Part shown: piece by piece, positions 34,924-47,588 of the stretch
Layout: every line of letters starts with the position of its first letter
Numbering within the stretch: the stretch's first letter is position 1
Translations under genes and position numbers: made by a program
The notes under the pieces: generated by a model
Told to the model about the DNA's origin: nothing
The model's database searches: none
The model's input: only the letters and a program-made list of their open reading frames with translations
DNA from: Adineta vaga
Taxonomy: Eukaryota > Animalia > Rotifera
Assembly: GCA_021613535.1 (NCBI GenBank)
Contig: CP075497.1
Location: 1,116,001-1,180,000, forward strand
DNA: 64,000 bases
Direction: 5' to 3'

Positions 34924-37524
34924 CACATGAATCTCTTTGATTGTTAAGTTGTTTTTTGAATTATCTAGTAAAAATTTACGATTACAGGAATGCATTTTCA
35001 ATAACAACTTCTGAAGATATCCTGTACTCATTAATAACCTGTATAACATCAACATGTGTCATTCTCTACTGAAATGAATACTTATCTATCTCACATGAAA
35101 AGGCAAATTCTTGAACTATCAAAATGAATATTGGTACACTATAAGATTTAGTTTATTCTTCCGTTTCTCTTATTCGTTCATTGAAAACCCAAACTAATAA
35201 GTAGAATACTATATATATATTAAAGTAAATAATAATGAACATATAGCAATCTTGATTTTGTAATGAAATCAAACAAATGTAATCCTAGCATTTTAGTCAC
35301 TAGTAGAATAGATCTGTTAACAATTAACAAGAATTTCATATAAACGATGAAGTGGCAATAATATTTGACTAATTCAGTTCTTTTTCTACTTTCAGTGAGA
35401 AATTTAAAGAATGGATGTAAACGAAATAATAGAAATATACTACGAAATTCTTATAACTAGAATATATTCTAAGTCGATTCGAAAATTGATCGAGTGACAT
35501 CGCTGCACGAGTATTGTTATGTTTTTTTTCTTCGTTAAAGTAATCCTTAGAGAATGACAATGATACTTGTATTATTACCATCTCCATCGTACATGATATG
35601 AATGTCAAAGTTACTTTTTACAAATGTTCTGCTTTTACCTTCATAAAAAATGATTTTCTGTAAAAATCAAACGTTTATCTGATATTCGAATATCGTTATT
35701 CTAAGACAGAAAAAAGCGCATGAAAAGTATGGAACTATAGGTTAATTTTCATTGTACATGAAATAGAACGCAAATGAAATCAGTATGAAGAAAAAACATC
35801 AAAGTTACACCAGAGGAAAAAGAAAGAGAGAAAATCATCGTTCGTTTGTTTTTCTCTTTGCTGACTAAGAAGAAACGACAGAACGAAAGAAAAACGTCGA
35901 CAGAAGTGAACCAAACAGACTAACTTAAGGCAGTTGGTTCACTTCTTATAGAAAATTTGAACTTATTAAATGACGAGTTTATGTTATATAATCGTCGATG
36001 ATTGATTCTTTTCTTTTCTTATATACATACAAAAAACATTTAAATCGTGTTCAATGTATTTGTAGTTATGGTTAATAACATACTTTTTTAGAACTTTTTT
36101 AAATATAAAATGGTTACTATTTTAAATGAACAAAATATTTCACCAGTAATAATATTTTACTTTCAATTTTATTTAAAGATGACGTTGCATCAATCTTAAA
36201 AGAGTAATCAATCGATTTGTAAGAGGGTGTGGACAGAGTAATGTTGTTCAAAGGCTTAGCTCACTCATATGCTTAAATATCTTGAGAATCAATTTAGAAT
36301 TGTTAGAGTGGTTTTTTTTATGGAAGATCAAAAAAGGAACTCTAACAACTATCTTTGTCACTATGCCTCGCAAGGTTATATTTCTATACCTTTTTTTAGC
36401 TATTAATCGTGATAATTTCTGATCAAAAGAGAATTAAATTTTCACCAGTATGTGGAGATATCTTTTTCAAAAGAATATCAAATTAAAAAGTATGATGGAT
36501 TCCATCTCATAATCACTATCATTATATTACTTTACATATATTCTTCTATGAAGAAGGCGTATAAAGGAGGTGAATAACCTTCGAGTGAAAGTATGATCAA
36601 TCTCTGCAGAAATATTATTCTAGATTAATTTTGTATTGCATAATGTATTAAATACTTTGATGAATATGAAATCTGAATTTATACAAAAACTCTTCCATAA
36701 TACTTCATCTTGTTCGAAATAAATAAGGTTGACTAATGATAAGCGGGCGAGAGTGAGGATGTTCTCCTTATTCTCACATCCACATCAATATCTCCTAACC
36801 ACACCCACACCCACACCCACCCTTAATATTGAGTGTAGAGGAATCAAACAAGGTCAAGAAGATAATGTAGATTCATATCATATGAGCTGTGTTTTTTTAT
36901 ATATCGTATTTAGTTTATTAAGAAGATATTTAAAGAGTTTTTCATTTGATAAATTACATGAATTCCTATATCCATATGATTTCATATTTGGCTAGAATCT
37001 ATTACTTGAATACAAGCTGCTAGTCAACATTGGGCATAATCATAGTTGTATCCAGATAAAAAGAAGTGGGTCGCGTTTAATGTGTTGTCCTTTACTGATC
37101 GCATCTTCGGCTGATCAATTTTACAAAATCAGATCGATATAAATCTTCGTATTTGTACCTGATCTTTTCCTAAGTTTTTCGATTCGATTAGGCACGATGT
37201 GGAGTGAATGCGATCAAAAGATCACTTCGTTCCTGTAATATAAAGATGAATAAGCTTACGCAAACATTGAAATGAATGTTTTTTATATTTCACTGATTAT
37301 TCAAGTACTTATATTCATTATGCATATTTATTCCTTACGTCTAACATTGATACATGTACATCAATAACATTATTATCGCATCAGTTCATAAACAAATATC
37401 TCGAAAGTTTATTAAATTCATCATGTTGACTAATATCTCGACAATATTATGTTGAAAAAAATGATTTCATCAATAAAAGGCATCAGCATTTTCAATTAGA
37501 AACATACCATTTGAAATAAATACG

Positions 37525-38510
37525 ATGCAACGATTCTTCAATATTATAATAATAATAACAACAATGTAAGAAACTTTTTATGCTACGAGTTAGATGATGA
37601 TTTAAGAGAATTTTCTTTTCTAGATTTGTTCTTTGCATTGTCAGAGGTATGAAAAATGAGATTCAATGATAAGATGTTTCAAAAAGTGATATTCTAGGTG
37701 AAGATGGTGAATCAAGTGGTTGTGGATGTTGTCCAACAGCATATTGTCGATTGAAATCAATACCATGTTCAATGAATGGTGATTGTGAATGTTTGTGGTT
37801 GTCGATGAGTGGTGGCGGAATGTGTGCTGATACTCTTGTATCGTGTAATGATTTGGTTAGATGTGAAAGTGATAATGTGACATGTTCTGCTCCAAATACT
37901 GTATGTGTGAATAACACACGATGTGCAGGCCATGTGTGTTATCCGATAGAACGTGCATCATCTCAACGATGTCCACCACTCGGTTCAATAATGACAAATA
38001 GAACGACACGTAAGTTTCTCTATAGATGGAGATTTATCAATAACAGTGTTGATGAGACGAAGAGTTATTCATTCAGTTGAGTACGTAGCATTATAACATT
38101 TGTTTTCGATAATGATGAAAGAAATTTGATACTTATTTTTCTGTTACAAAGCTCCATTGAACATCACTGCAACAGCAACAACTTCAAAACCTATCTTAGG
38201 ACCGGTAACTACAGGAAGAATGGGAGCACCGGTAACTACGGGAAGAATGGGAGCACCTATAACTACAGGAAGAATGGGAGCACCAGCAACTACGGGAAGA
38301 ATGGGAGCACCAATAACTACGGGAAGAATGGGAGCACCTATAACTACAGGAAGAATGGGAGCACCGGTAACTACGGGAAGAATGGGAGCACCGGTAACTA
38401 CGGGAAGAATGGGAGCACCGGTAACTACGGGAAGAATGGGAGCACCGGTAACTACAGGAAAGCCAGTAGCATCAGTTACAACGGGAAAAAATCCTGCATT
38501 AGCCCTCTGA
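37525..38510 (+). CDS. Secreted Cys-rich protein with C-terminal PVTTGRMGA tandem repeats, 4 exons
   Basis: Exons 37525-37565, 37624-37646, 37698-38009 and 38152-38510 are in phase. Signal peptide MQRFFNIIIIITTIFVLCIVRG is followed by a Cys-rich domain and a Thr-rich repeat tail. Confidence 0.7.
38201..38460 (+). repeat. 27-bp coding minisatellite, 9 full units plus a partial unit
   Basis: Unit ACCGGTAACTAC(A/G)GGAAGAATGGGAGC is near-identical across copies and encodes P(V/I/A)TTGRMGA. Confidence 0.95.
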
Positions 38511-38767
38511 GGGTCGGTTTAATTCTGAAAAGAATTAAGCTTTAATATTTTTATTTCTACTTTTACTTTCTAAAACACATAAAAGAGTCGCTATCTATTT
38601 TAAAATGGTTAATATTATGATATTTTTTAAATCATTCGTCAACACACAAACTAACAATGCACTCCACACATTCGTATGAAATTTTAGTGACATGTCATTT
38701 TCAATGAAATCAAAAGTTAAATTTGTCAATGAGAAAGTTCTTGTAATTGATAGATAATCTGTGTTTT

Positions 38768-38849
38768 ATCTTGAGGGTGTGGGTGTGGGTGTGGATGGGT
38801 GATATATTTACTGATCAATCCCACTCAGACTCACACCCCTCACTCTCAA
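38768..38849. repeat. Telomere-like hairpin element copy
   Basis: ATCTTGAGGGTGTGGGTGTGGGTGTGG...CACACCCCTCACTCTCAA. Confidence 0.8.
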
Positions 38850-39313
38850 AACAAGTCGAAATGGTGTTCATCTTCGTGTTACTTTGAATAAAAATATTTT
38901 CATTATTGAATACAATACTTCCTTCAATGTTGATTTGATTAATTCGTCGTGTATCAATTTTTCTTACTCAATATATTGAATGCAATTCTCGAGTAGAAGA
39001 ATTGAATTATCATCAAACAAGATTTGGATTGTATTAAATCATTGAAACAGAAATATTTCAATAGAAATTATCAAATAAATATACCATCAACAACTCCAGT
39101 CACACTCTCAAGATGACACTTCAATTACGATTTATTATAAACTTCATTTTGAAGTTCATCGACATGAATTTTTTTATCAATATTCGACTGGAAATATCAA
39201 TTGCCATTATGGATCTATTATCAGAAAAAGATAACTATAATGAAGATGATGACTAAATTTTTGTTTCTGTAAAAAATAAAATTTGAAAGAAAAAGTCAAT
39301 TAGTTCAAAAACG

Positions 39314-40330
39314 TTAATCATTATGTTTTTGATATTGAAAATGAGCAATATGAGTTGGAGCAATTCGATTGGGTATATTGAAACAACGATTTTGACAAAG
39401 AAGATAAAGTAAACACTTTTTGATCATTTGCTTGAAATTTCTTCGAAGCGATCGAGAAACTGCTATATAGATATAGAAATTAAAGGTATAACCTGTATAA
39501 GCAAGTATTCCTGTGATAGTAAGAGCAAAATTTTCATAAGATCGATATGAAGTACTTTTAGGTGTTGATGCAGTTACTAAATTATAAACTGTTTGTCCTG
39601 TATATGCAATCATACCAATCAAACCAAATACTGCTTGAGCACTAACCATTCGTGTTATTTGTTGTTGAATTCGTGATCGCATTTCTTGTCGATGAAGAGA
39701 ACTAATATTCACATATGCTAATATAGCAAAGATTATTGTAATAATAGCAGGTATAATACCAAGCACAAATGGTACAACAAAGTATACAATATACTTTTGA
39801 TAAACTACATTTCCAGAAAGGGAACATGAAGTAATATTTGTAACTGACGAAATAATCAGTTCATTATAGATAATCAATGGTAGACTATGTAAAAGTGAAA
39901 AGAGAAGAGTAAACCAAACTAAATAAAGAGCTATTTTCACTGTAGAAAATTGTCGAAATCGAATATGTTCTGATGTTATTAGATATTGATCGATCATTGC
40001 CCAAGAAGTGGAAAATAGAGAAAGAGTAGCGGATACATGTCCAAAATATTGACGTAGTTTACACCATGATAATGATGTTGCTGATGGATCCAAATAAAAA
40101 TTTGGTAAGAAGATGCGAGAAATAAATGAAGTATTATATAGAAATAAATTTGCAATAGATGCAAGGAGAAGATAAATTGCTGATGGATTCTTTTTTAAAC
40201 GTTTCATTGAAAGAAAAATGAGTAGACATAAAATATTATTGATAAGACCCGAAATATAAAAGAATGAACCGACATAAAGATTGATTTGTTTACTAATATA
40301 ATTCAAACTTTCGATCATTGACGATGACAT
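39314..40330 (-). CDS. Rhodopsin-family 7TM GPCR, intronless
   Basis: Seven hydrophobic segments, NPSAIYL, extracellular WCKLR, DQY in place of DRY, and FNFYIY TM7 motif. Confidence 0.85.
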   Translation of the reverse strand: MSSSMIESLNYISKQINLYVGSFFYISGLINNILCLLIFLSMKRLKKNPSAIYLLLASIANLFLYNTSFISRIFLPNFYLDPSATSLSWCKLRQYFGHVSATLSLFSTSWAMIDQYLITSEHIRFRQFSTVKIALYLVWFTLLFSLLHSLPLIIYNELIISSVTNITSCSLSGNVVYQKYIVYFVVPFVLGIIPAIITIIFAILAYVNISSLHRQEMRSRIQQQITRMVSAQAVFGLIGMIAYTGQTVYNLVTASTPKSTSYRSYENFALTITGILAYTGYTFNFYIYIAVSRSLRRNFKQMIKKCLLYLLCQNRCFNIPNRIAPTHIAHFQYQKHND

Positions 40331-41078
40331 CTTTTTCTTTTTGAAATGTTTTCAAAGTTTTATTTCTTAATGATATATATATATATGTCATTTATTATTT
40401 GAATCCATAGATTAATTGACTTCATCACAAAAGAGTCATGCAAAGTATCTGTTCATGCATCATGTTTCATCCACAGGCATTGAAAACGTTCTTTCTTATA
40501 TTAATGATCCAGATAGAAACGTGCAGCAAATAATACAACACACACACACGACATCTCATTCTATTTTATATAATTATTTAAATGAGAATGATTAGTAAAT
40601 TAGGCGAAAGAATCACTAAAACTGGGTGACACGTAAGTCATGCAAACGAGCAAAAAAACAACGAATATCTCTATTATAACTCGAGAAAACAGGCCGATAT
40701 TTCTCCCAATAACAGGGGCACGTTCATGCTCTAGATGCACAAAGACATGTTTCTATTTGTGGTAAAAGAATCAGCCGATTTACTCGAATCATAACAGTGA
40801 TATTCTTTTTTTCCTTGGTTCCGTGACTTATAGGCCACTCAGTAGTTATATCACCGACGCTATTTTAACCTTATTATAATGTCTAATAACATTTTCAACT
40901 AGTCTAATGTTTTGTCTGATATACTCATCTATTTTTATATAACAATGTCATTCGATTACTCTGGTAATATTAAAGTTTTCTTCATATTTTATGATCTAAA
41001 TTACAATACTATATTTCTATCTATTAAACTACATTAATATATCAAAATCATACTTCGATCGAAATGTTTTATTTCATT

Positions 41079-42794
41079 TTACAAGAAAAAATAATTCCCA
41101 TGATTATCATTGTAAAAGAAACAATTAGAACGATTAAATCGAGTTTGTTGAGTTTCTAACCATTCCATTGTTAATAATTTTGATCTTGCTAATTGTCTTT
41201 TTATTGTTGATTGAGGATTTGCTGGAATGAATACAGATAAGTAACATAATTTTAACATTTTTAATAAAATATAATCAATTGTATGAGTTGGATTTTGAAT
41301 ACCTATTATTAAACATTCACATTTGTTTCCAAAAATTGATACCATTCGTTCAATTTCATATCGTGTTAAACATTCCGATATGTTTTCATATGAATGAAAT
41401 TTTACAAATCGAATCTTTTGTGATAAAAGTCGACATATATGAAAATCATTCCAATCATCTGTCATTTTCATTAATTGACTTTTTCTTAAACTTAATAAAT
41501 ATAATTGAGGTGTATTATCTAATAAAATTCGAAATTGTTCTATTGAAATATAACCATAATTATCTATATGAATTTCTTGTAAATTCGTTAATATATTTAA
41601 CCAATGTATAGATTCAAATTGAGTACTAATTATTAAATTATTTATCTTAATTTGATTGAAATCATGATTTGGTATTATATAATTTTCAAATCTTAATGTT
41701 TTTACATTTCGATAGATGTTAACATAATTATTGGTAGGTAATGTTGACATTATTTTCTTAAATGAATTTTTGTAAATTGTTAATTCTTTCATTGGATATG
41801 GTAATGTATAGAATATTGAATGTTTGTAAACATGTCGACGTCTTTCGGAAGCACATAAATGACAATTAAAAAACCATTTCTTTTCTTGAAGAAAGAATGG
41901 TGTTGAATAGGAATTCATAATTTGTTTTAAATCTTGTGTTGATAATGGATGAAATATAAAATAGAATTGAAATATTTTTAATAATGGACATGATGAATGA
42001 ATAAGTTGTTCCCATCGATGACCAAATAATGGTACTTGTCCTGATTGTATTTGATAGATTTCAAGTTTTGTTAATTGTGATAAAGAAACAAGTGAATTAA
42101 GTATTAGTAAATGTTCAGTATGAACCATTAGAATAAATTTAAGATATTTAACTGTTAATGGCCAATTAAATTTATCTGTATTTTCACAAAAATGATTGAT
42201 TGTATATTCAATTGTTTGAAGTTGAGTAAAATTCTAAATAAAAGAACATAATAATGAAGAAAAGAAGACTTGTAATAATACTTGAATCCAATCGATAGAT
42301 AAACATGAACCGAAAACAAGTTTTTTCAATTTTGGTAAATCAAATGGTAAAATATCTTTTCCACATAGTGAATCAATTGATAAAGAAATTAAATTTGTTA
42401 ATGATGGAAGTATTGAAAAGAATAATTGTTGAGATTTATCTGTCAAATTTCCAATAGATAAGAATTGTAATGTAGAAAAATTCTTTATTGAAATATAATT
42501 TTCAATGAAATGATCAATCCAAAATGGTTTTTGATCATTATCCAATATTCGTAATGATTTCCATTGATTTGTATTATGAATTTGAAAAATAAAATCACAT
42601 TTAGATTTATTTATTAAATTTAAATCAAATATTTCACAATATTGTAAAGTTAATGATTGAAAACGTTGGTTTAAATTTGAAAATGCAAAAATTGTATCAA
42701 TTGAAGTTAAATATGAGAAAATCTCAACGAATAATTCATTGGGAATAGTTTCTAATGATGTTACACCCTCAAAATTATCTTTAACGCTTTGCAT
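41079..42794 (-). CDS. F-box / LRR-like protein, 2 exons
   Basis: F-box LETIPNELFVEIFSYL..FSNLNQRF followed by LxxLxI repeats. GT-AG intron 42281-42234 joins ORFs 42234-42794 and 41079-42128 in frame. Confidence 0.8.
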
Positions 42795-42997
42795 TTTTCA
42801 AGAGAAAAACAACTTATGAGGCAACCTTTTCTGTATTAGACCATGCTGAGTTATTATTTCATCATTACATGTAAGAACATGATTCATCGATTATCTTATA
42901 TTTATTGAAGAATGAAAGAAAAAACAAATATTCAAAAAGAATTATGATTAAATTTTCATATATTTGTCGATCTTAAGATCCAATGAGATATTTAAAC

Positions 42998-43058
42998 CAT
43001 CTTGAGGGTGTGAGTGTGGGTATCGATTCTTTATTTCAACCCACACCCACCCTCAAGA
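42998..43058. repeat. Telomere-like hairpin element copy overlapping the ART-TPR stop codon
   Basis: Perfect 11-bp outer stem TCTTGAGGGTG (43000-43010) / CACCCTCAAGA (43048-43058). Confidence 0.85.
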
Positions 43059-45838
43059 CTCTTTAGTACATATGCTATATTGGCATAGGTGTAGATCAGA
43101 TTCGGATGATCAGAACCAAGAGATTTTTGTTCGATTTCAAGTGCTTTTCGAAAAAATAAAAGTGACTTCGAATAATATTCCATTGAAAAATATGTTGCAC
43201 CTTTATTATTATAGGCAATCGCTAGCTCAGGCAGATTAGGAATCACAGCTTCTTCATGGATCTTTACAGCCTCTTCAAAGTGCGAAATTGCGGTTGTGTA
43301 TTCTCTTGTGTTGAGATAGTATTTTCCCAAATTGTTATAGCTGCAAGCGAGTTGTGGATGATTAGTGGGAAGACTTTTCTTTCGAATCTGAAGTGCCTGT
43401 TGATAATTTAAAAATGCTTTCTCATTCTCACTATTGTCTTGATAAGCTAGACCAAGATTATCATACGTTATAGCTAAATCTGGATGATTAACAGACAGGT
43501 GTTCTTTGTCGATATCAAGTGCTTTCTTATAATATGAAATTGCTTTATCGTATTTTTTCATATTATAATATACTTGACCGATATTATTATATGTGGTAGC
43601 TATATCTAGATTATTGTGAGATAAAGACGTCTTTTGAATTTTCAATGCTTGCCGGCAAAACTTTAGTGCATTGGTTAAATCTCCCATATGATTATAAGTG
43701 CAACCAATGTTGCGATAGAACAGAGCCAAATCGAGGTGATTTGAAGGAAGAGATTTTTCTCGATATTCGAGCACTTCTTTGTATATTTCAAGTGCATTGG
43801 AATATTGTCCCATTGAATCAAAGGTTGAAGCAATATTATTTCGAGTCGCGAGCAACGATGCATGATTGTAAGGAAGTGTTTTTTGTCGGATATTAAGTGC
43901 CTTCTGATAAAAAGTGAGTGATTCCAAATAATCACCAAATAATGAATATACAGAAGCTACTGTATCGTAGATGTTGGCCATATCTGGATGATTAAGGAAC
44001 GAACAATTTTCTGCAATTACAAGAGCTTCTTGCGCAGATAATCGAGCATTCGGGTAATCTCCCATAGAACTATAGAGTCTAGCAACGTTATTGTGAGTAG
44101 CTGCTAATAATGGATCGCTACAAGGACGATTTTGTTCACGAATTGTAAGTGCTTTTTGATGAAAACGAAGTGCGCATAAATTGTTTTTCATCGCATGGTA
44201 TATTTCAGCAATGTTGTTATACGTCGTTGATAAATCCGGATGATTTGTAGAAAGAAATTTTTCTTCAATATTACACGTCTCTTGAAAAAATGATAGCGCT
44301 CTCTCATATTGACCCTTTTTTTCGCTGATAATTCCGAGTTGATTATTTAGTGCTGCAAGGTTTTGCCGTTTATCATTAGATGTTTGAGAGAGTAACCTTG
44401 TATAAATTTCTTCCGCTTGATCAATTTTATCTAACATGATCATCAAATATCCTAATTGGTGCCAACCATTTCCTTCTCCAATTTCTTTTCGAAGAGAAGC
44501 AGTAAAACGTTTCAATTGTTCATCATTATCATTTGTTAATGTTAGCTTAACGTGCCACAAACAATCGGTGATCTGTTCCGTATCACCGATGCGAAAAATT
44601 GTATTCATTGAAAAAAGTATTTCTTTTTCTCCAGCAAACTGACTGAGGTTACCAATTGTAGCAAACGAAGCGTATGAAATCTTACGATCAACTTCTATTT
44701 CAAACAGAACTCCAGTCTTGTCGGTTTCGTTTCCATTGCTCTCCGCATACGTACAAGATATTTCGCAATCAGTACTAGTCGATAAAAAATTGTTGAAAGA
44801 CAGTAGACCATCTTTCCTATTTCTTAGTTTATAAAAATCACTAGTTGATAAGGCCTGTCCTCGATAAACAGTTGCCGGTATTAGATCCACACTTGTCAGA
44901 TGTAAATGATTGATCTGTCGATGAAGATCTCGAATAAAAAATCCCATTTTAATGATAATATTGATATTTTGAGTTCTCAAAGCTTCATTCAAAGTTGAGT
45001 AGATAAAATATTTTGTTGTATACCATTTAATTGATGAAGTCCAATTATAGTTTTTTTCAAAGTCATCAATTGATCGTAATTCATTATTCTGATTCTTATA
45101 TCGATCACGAAGAAATTCAACTAGTTCTTTCATTTCTTTTGTTTCATCATTATGATTCATTTCGAGAAGAATATCTTTCAATAATTGTGAATACATGAAT
45201 GATTGATCGAGCTCATTTAAACCTCGAGTCGGATCATTAATCAAAAGAAGACTATTGACTCCTCTTAAATAATTGTCATCATGACGAATATTGGCATTAA
45301 TCGAATTACAAATATACGTCATTTCAGTAAATACACCTTTAATTTTCTTGCATTGTTCAATCCACACTTTATCATTCGATCGTTCAGAACAAAATACATA
45401 TATGAATTTGACTTGAGATATATCTTGCATTAAATGTACGATCTTTTGACCTAATTCATTAGATATGATCATAAAAATATACTTATGATTTCTTTGAGTG
45501 ATAAAATCGATAGATTCATCGACTTCGATAAATGTATAAACGGATTGTATGATTTCTTGAAGTTGCAGAATACTATTTTGGTAAATTTCATTAAGCTTGT
45601 CAATATTGGAATCCAACCAAACAATACTATAATCTTTGGTTGTAGAAGCAGATGAGTAACTTGAAGAAATATTTTTATTTTCTTTATCTCTTTCATTAGA
45701 GTCAGTATTTGTATATCGGATTACTTCCGTATAGGAAAAAGGTACTTCTTCATTAGAGCTTTCAATATCGTTTATGTTTATTGGTTCGAATAATGTTGAT
45801 CCAGTTTTAGATGCTAAGCTTTCTTCCATTTCATTCAA
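43031..45838 (-). CDS. R-S-E type ADP-ribosyltransferase domain plus TPR repeats
   Basis: ART motifs TVYRGQ, FLSTS and EKEILF. About 11 kinesin-light-chain-like TPRs (HPDLxxxYNN.G..Y). N-terminal IVWLD pseudo-receiver-like segment. Intronless; the first ATG is a few codons into the ORF (MEESLASK). Confidence 0.9.
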   Translation of the reverse strand: MNEMEESLASKTGSTLFEPININDIESSNEEVPFSYTEVIRYTNTDSNERDKENKNISSSYSSASTTKDYSIVWLDSNIDKLNEIYQNSILQLQEIIQSVYTFIEVDESIDFITQRNHKYIFMIISNELGQKIVHLMQDISQVKFIYVFCSERSNDKVWIEQCKKIKGVFTEMTYICNSINANIRHDDNYLRGVNSLLLINDPTRGLNELDQSFMYSQLLKDILLEMNHNDETKEMKELVEFLRDRYKNQNNELRSIDDFEKNYNWTSSIKWYTTKYFIYSTLNEALRTQNINIIIKMGFFIRDLHRQINHLHLTSVDLIPATVYRGQALSTSDFYKLRNRKDGLLSFNNFLSTSTDCEISCTYAESNGNETDKTGVLFEIEVDRKISYASFATIGNLSQFAGEKEILFSMNTIFRIGDTEQITDCLWHVKLTLTNDNDEQLKRFTASLRKEIGEGNGWHQLGYLMIMLDKIDQAEEIYTRLLSQTSNDKRQNLAALNNQLGIISEKKGQYERALSFFQETCNIEEKFLSTNHPDLSTTYNNIAEIYHAMKNNLCALRFHQKALTIREQNRPCSDPLLAATHNNVARLYSSMGDYPNARLSAQEALVIAENCSFLNHPDMANIYDTVASVYSLFGDYLESLTFYQKALNIRQKTLPYNHASLLATRNNIASTFDSMGQYSNALEIYKEVLEYREKSLPSNHLDLALFYRNIGCTYNHMGDLTNALKFCRQALKIQKTSLSHNNLDIATTYNNIGQVYYNMKKYDKAISYYKKALDIDKEHLSVNHPDLAITYDNLGLAYQDNSENEKAFLNYQQALQIRKKSLPTNHPQLACSYNNLGKYYLNTREYTTAISHFEEAVKIHEEAVIPNLPELAIAYNNKGATYFSMEYYSKSLLFFRKALEIEQKSLGSDHPNLIYTYANIAYVLKSLEGGCGLK

Positions 45839-46597
45839 TTGAGTAAGAATATTTTGCTTATAGTGTAATAATGAGTCTCATTTTGTTGATTTTATATCAT
45901 TTGCTAATAGAGAATTTTCCCATGTAGTCATACTCATTCTGTTTGTTTTTGCCAGTTCTATTACGACGAAAATACCGTCAAAATTTCATCATCGATCAAA
46001 AAGTTGAAAAATGACACAATTCGTATTTGCATTTCGTTTACGAAAGATGTTGTCAGGTTTTTTTTCCATGTGTAAACAATCAAAAGAAAAACATCGTATG
46101 ATTTTACGGTACTTTTTTGGTCCAAAAACGCAATGGGAATGCTGATTTCAATGTGGGTGTGGATGAGGGTATCTGGCGAGGCTTCATCATTTATTTTATG
46201 GATGGTTTTGGTCATTGTAACTTCTTCTTTACTTTCATCTTTGATTGAAATAGATGGAAATACATTTTCTAATGAACTTTGCCACAACGTTGAACGACAT
46301 GAATTCATTCTATTGGAATTCTAATTCTAATAAGTGTCAGTTGTCATATTGATGATCCAGTAGAGTATCTCATTAAGTCTTTACTTCCCCGGTCACCTAT
46401 CGTAATTGATAGTGATGGAATCTATTACAAAAAAAACCAATAAAGTATTGGAGAAATTTTTGAAACAAGAGAGTTGGCAAATAGTATAACCAAGTTACGT
46501 AAATTTATTCGAATTCTGTAACAATAATATCTCAAAATGAAGGTTTTAAATATCAGAGAGAGATATTCGTTATGAACAGAGTACGATAAAGGTTATA

Positions 46598-46924
46598 TTA
46601 ACAGCCGCAATCGAGACAATGACCAATCCAGCATGGAATGCTCAATCCACCCGTGAGAAAACAAATAAGACAGCAAAGACCATTATTGTTTGGTCTACTG
46701 ACGTTAACTATGTATGATGGCTGTGGTTGTACTACAATGGTTCTGTTACCTACTGGTGGCATGTGGGGAGAACCCATGTATTGTTGAGGACCATAATTGT
46801 TCGATGGGGAGAAACCGATATGAGGAGGAGCACCATAGTAGGACGGTTGTTGGTGTGTTGACGATTCGTAAGGTGGTCCTGGATGATTTTGAGGCATATA
46901 GTTCGGCTTTTGGTTACTATACAT
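46598..46924 (-). CDS. Small Pro/Tyr/Gln-rich protein with a Cys-rich C-terminal membrane segment (CYSTM-like)
   Basis: Start MYSNQKP at 46924. PPY-type low-complexity N-terminus, then GLCCLICFLTGGLSIPCWIGHCLDCGC*. Confidence 0.7.
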   Translation of the reverse strand: MYSNQKPNYMPQNHPGPPYESSTHQQPSYYGAPPHIGFSPSNNYGPQQYMGSPHMPPVGNRTIVVQPQPSYIVNVSRPNNNGLCCLICFLTGGLSIPCWIGHCLDCGC

Positions 46925-47588
46925 CTCTTCAGCACGTTGAATCAATGAAAATAACTTGAATACTGCTTGTATCTTCTTTGCTTGTGCACACACCAATGAT
47001 AAGACGTGTTCTATTCGGTATCTTGGCTATATGCACTATGCTGAATTTGATACTATTTGATGAATTACAACTGATAGAGACGAAAAATATACTGAGCGTC
47101 TTCTACACCTGTGAAAACGTTTTTGTAACCCCTTTATTGACACAATTCAAACTCAGCTATGTATTATTATGAAGATACTTGTATTCGTATGTCACACACC
47201 ACTAACACTCGTACATTATTATACTAATTCTTCTTGTTTGTGTATCTGAAATTCACCGATTGGTCAAAAAATACAATGAAACTAAAATGGATATCTTCGT
47301 TTAAAGCTTGATCGAAGAGTAACCAGGGTCAGAGAATCTGTATCTAGGCTTGAGTGTATGTGTGTGATTGAACAAAAGATATTATCACCGTCGCCTATAC
47401 CCATACTCTGAAGATGAACGTATTTTCTTTTATTTCAACAATACAATTAAAGAAGATTGTAATAAAAGAAATATTGAGAAACTTAACTTTCTACTACATT
47501 TTCCACACCGTATATATACAAGCTTCGTCATCTAATGGTTAATATAACGTTTATTTAATTGACAGTATAGTGTTAATTGAAATGTTCT

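Noticed and set aside
36795-36826. (CCCACA)n run as a true telomere or chromosome end
   Set aside because: It is only about three units, internal, and part of a hairpin element.
38201-38460. Regular 27-bp repeats as a CRISPR array
   Set aside because: The units are head-to-tail with no unique spacers, there are no cas genes, and the array lies in a spliced coding exon.
38126-38545. Alternative-frame ORF with GNYGKNGST repeats as an overlapping gene
   Set aside because: It is open only because the repeat unit has no stop in that frame. It has a TTG start, and the splice phase from the upstream exon selects the PVTTGRMGA frame.
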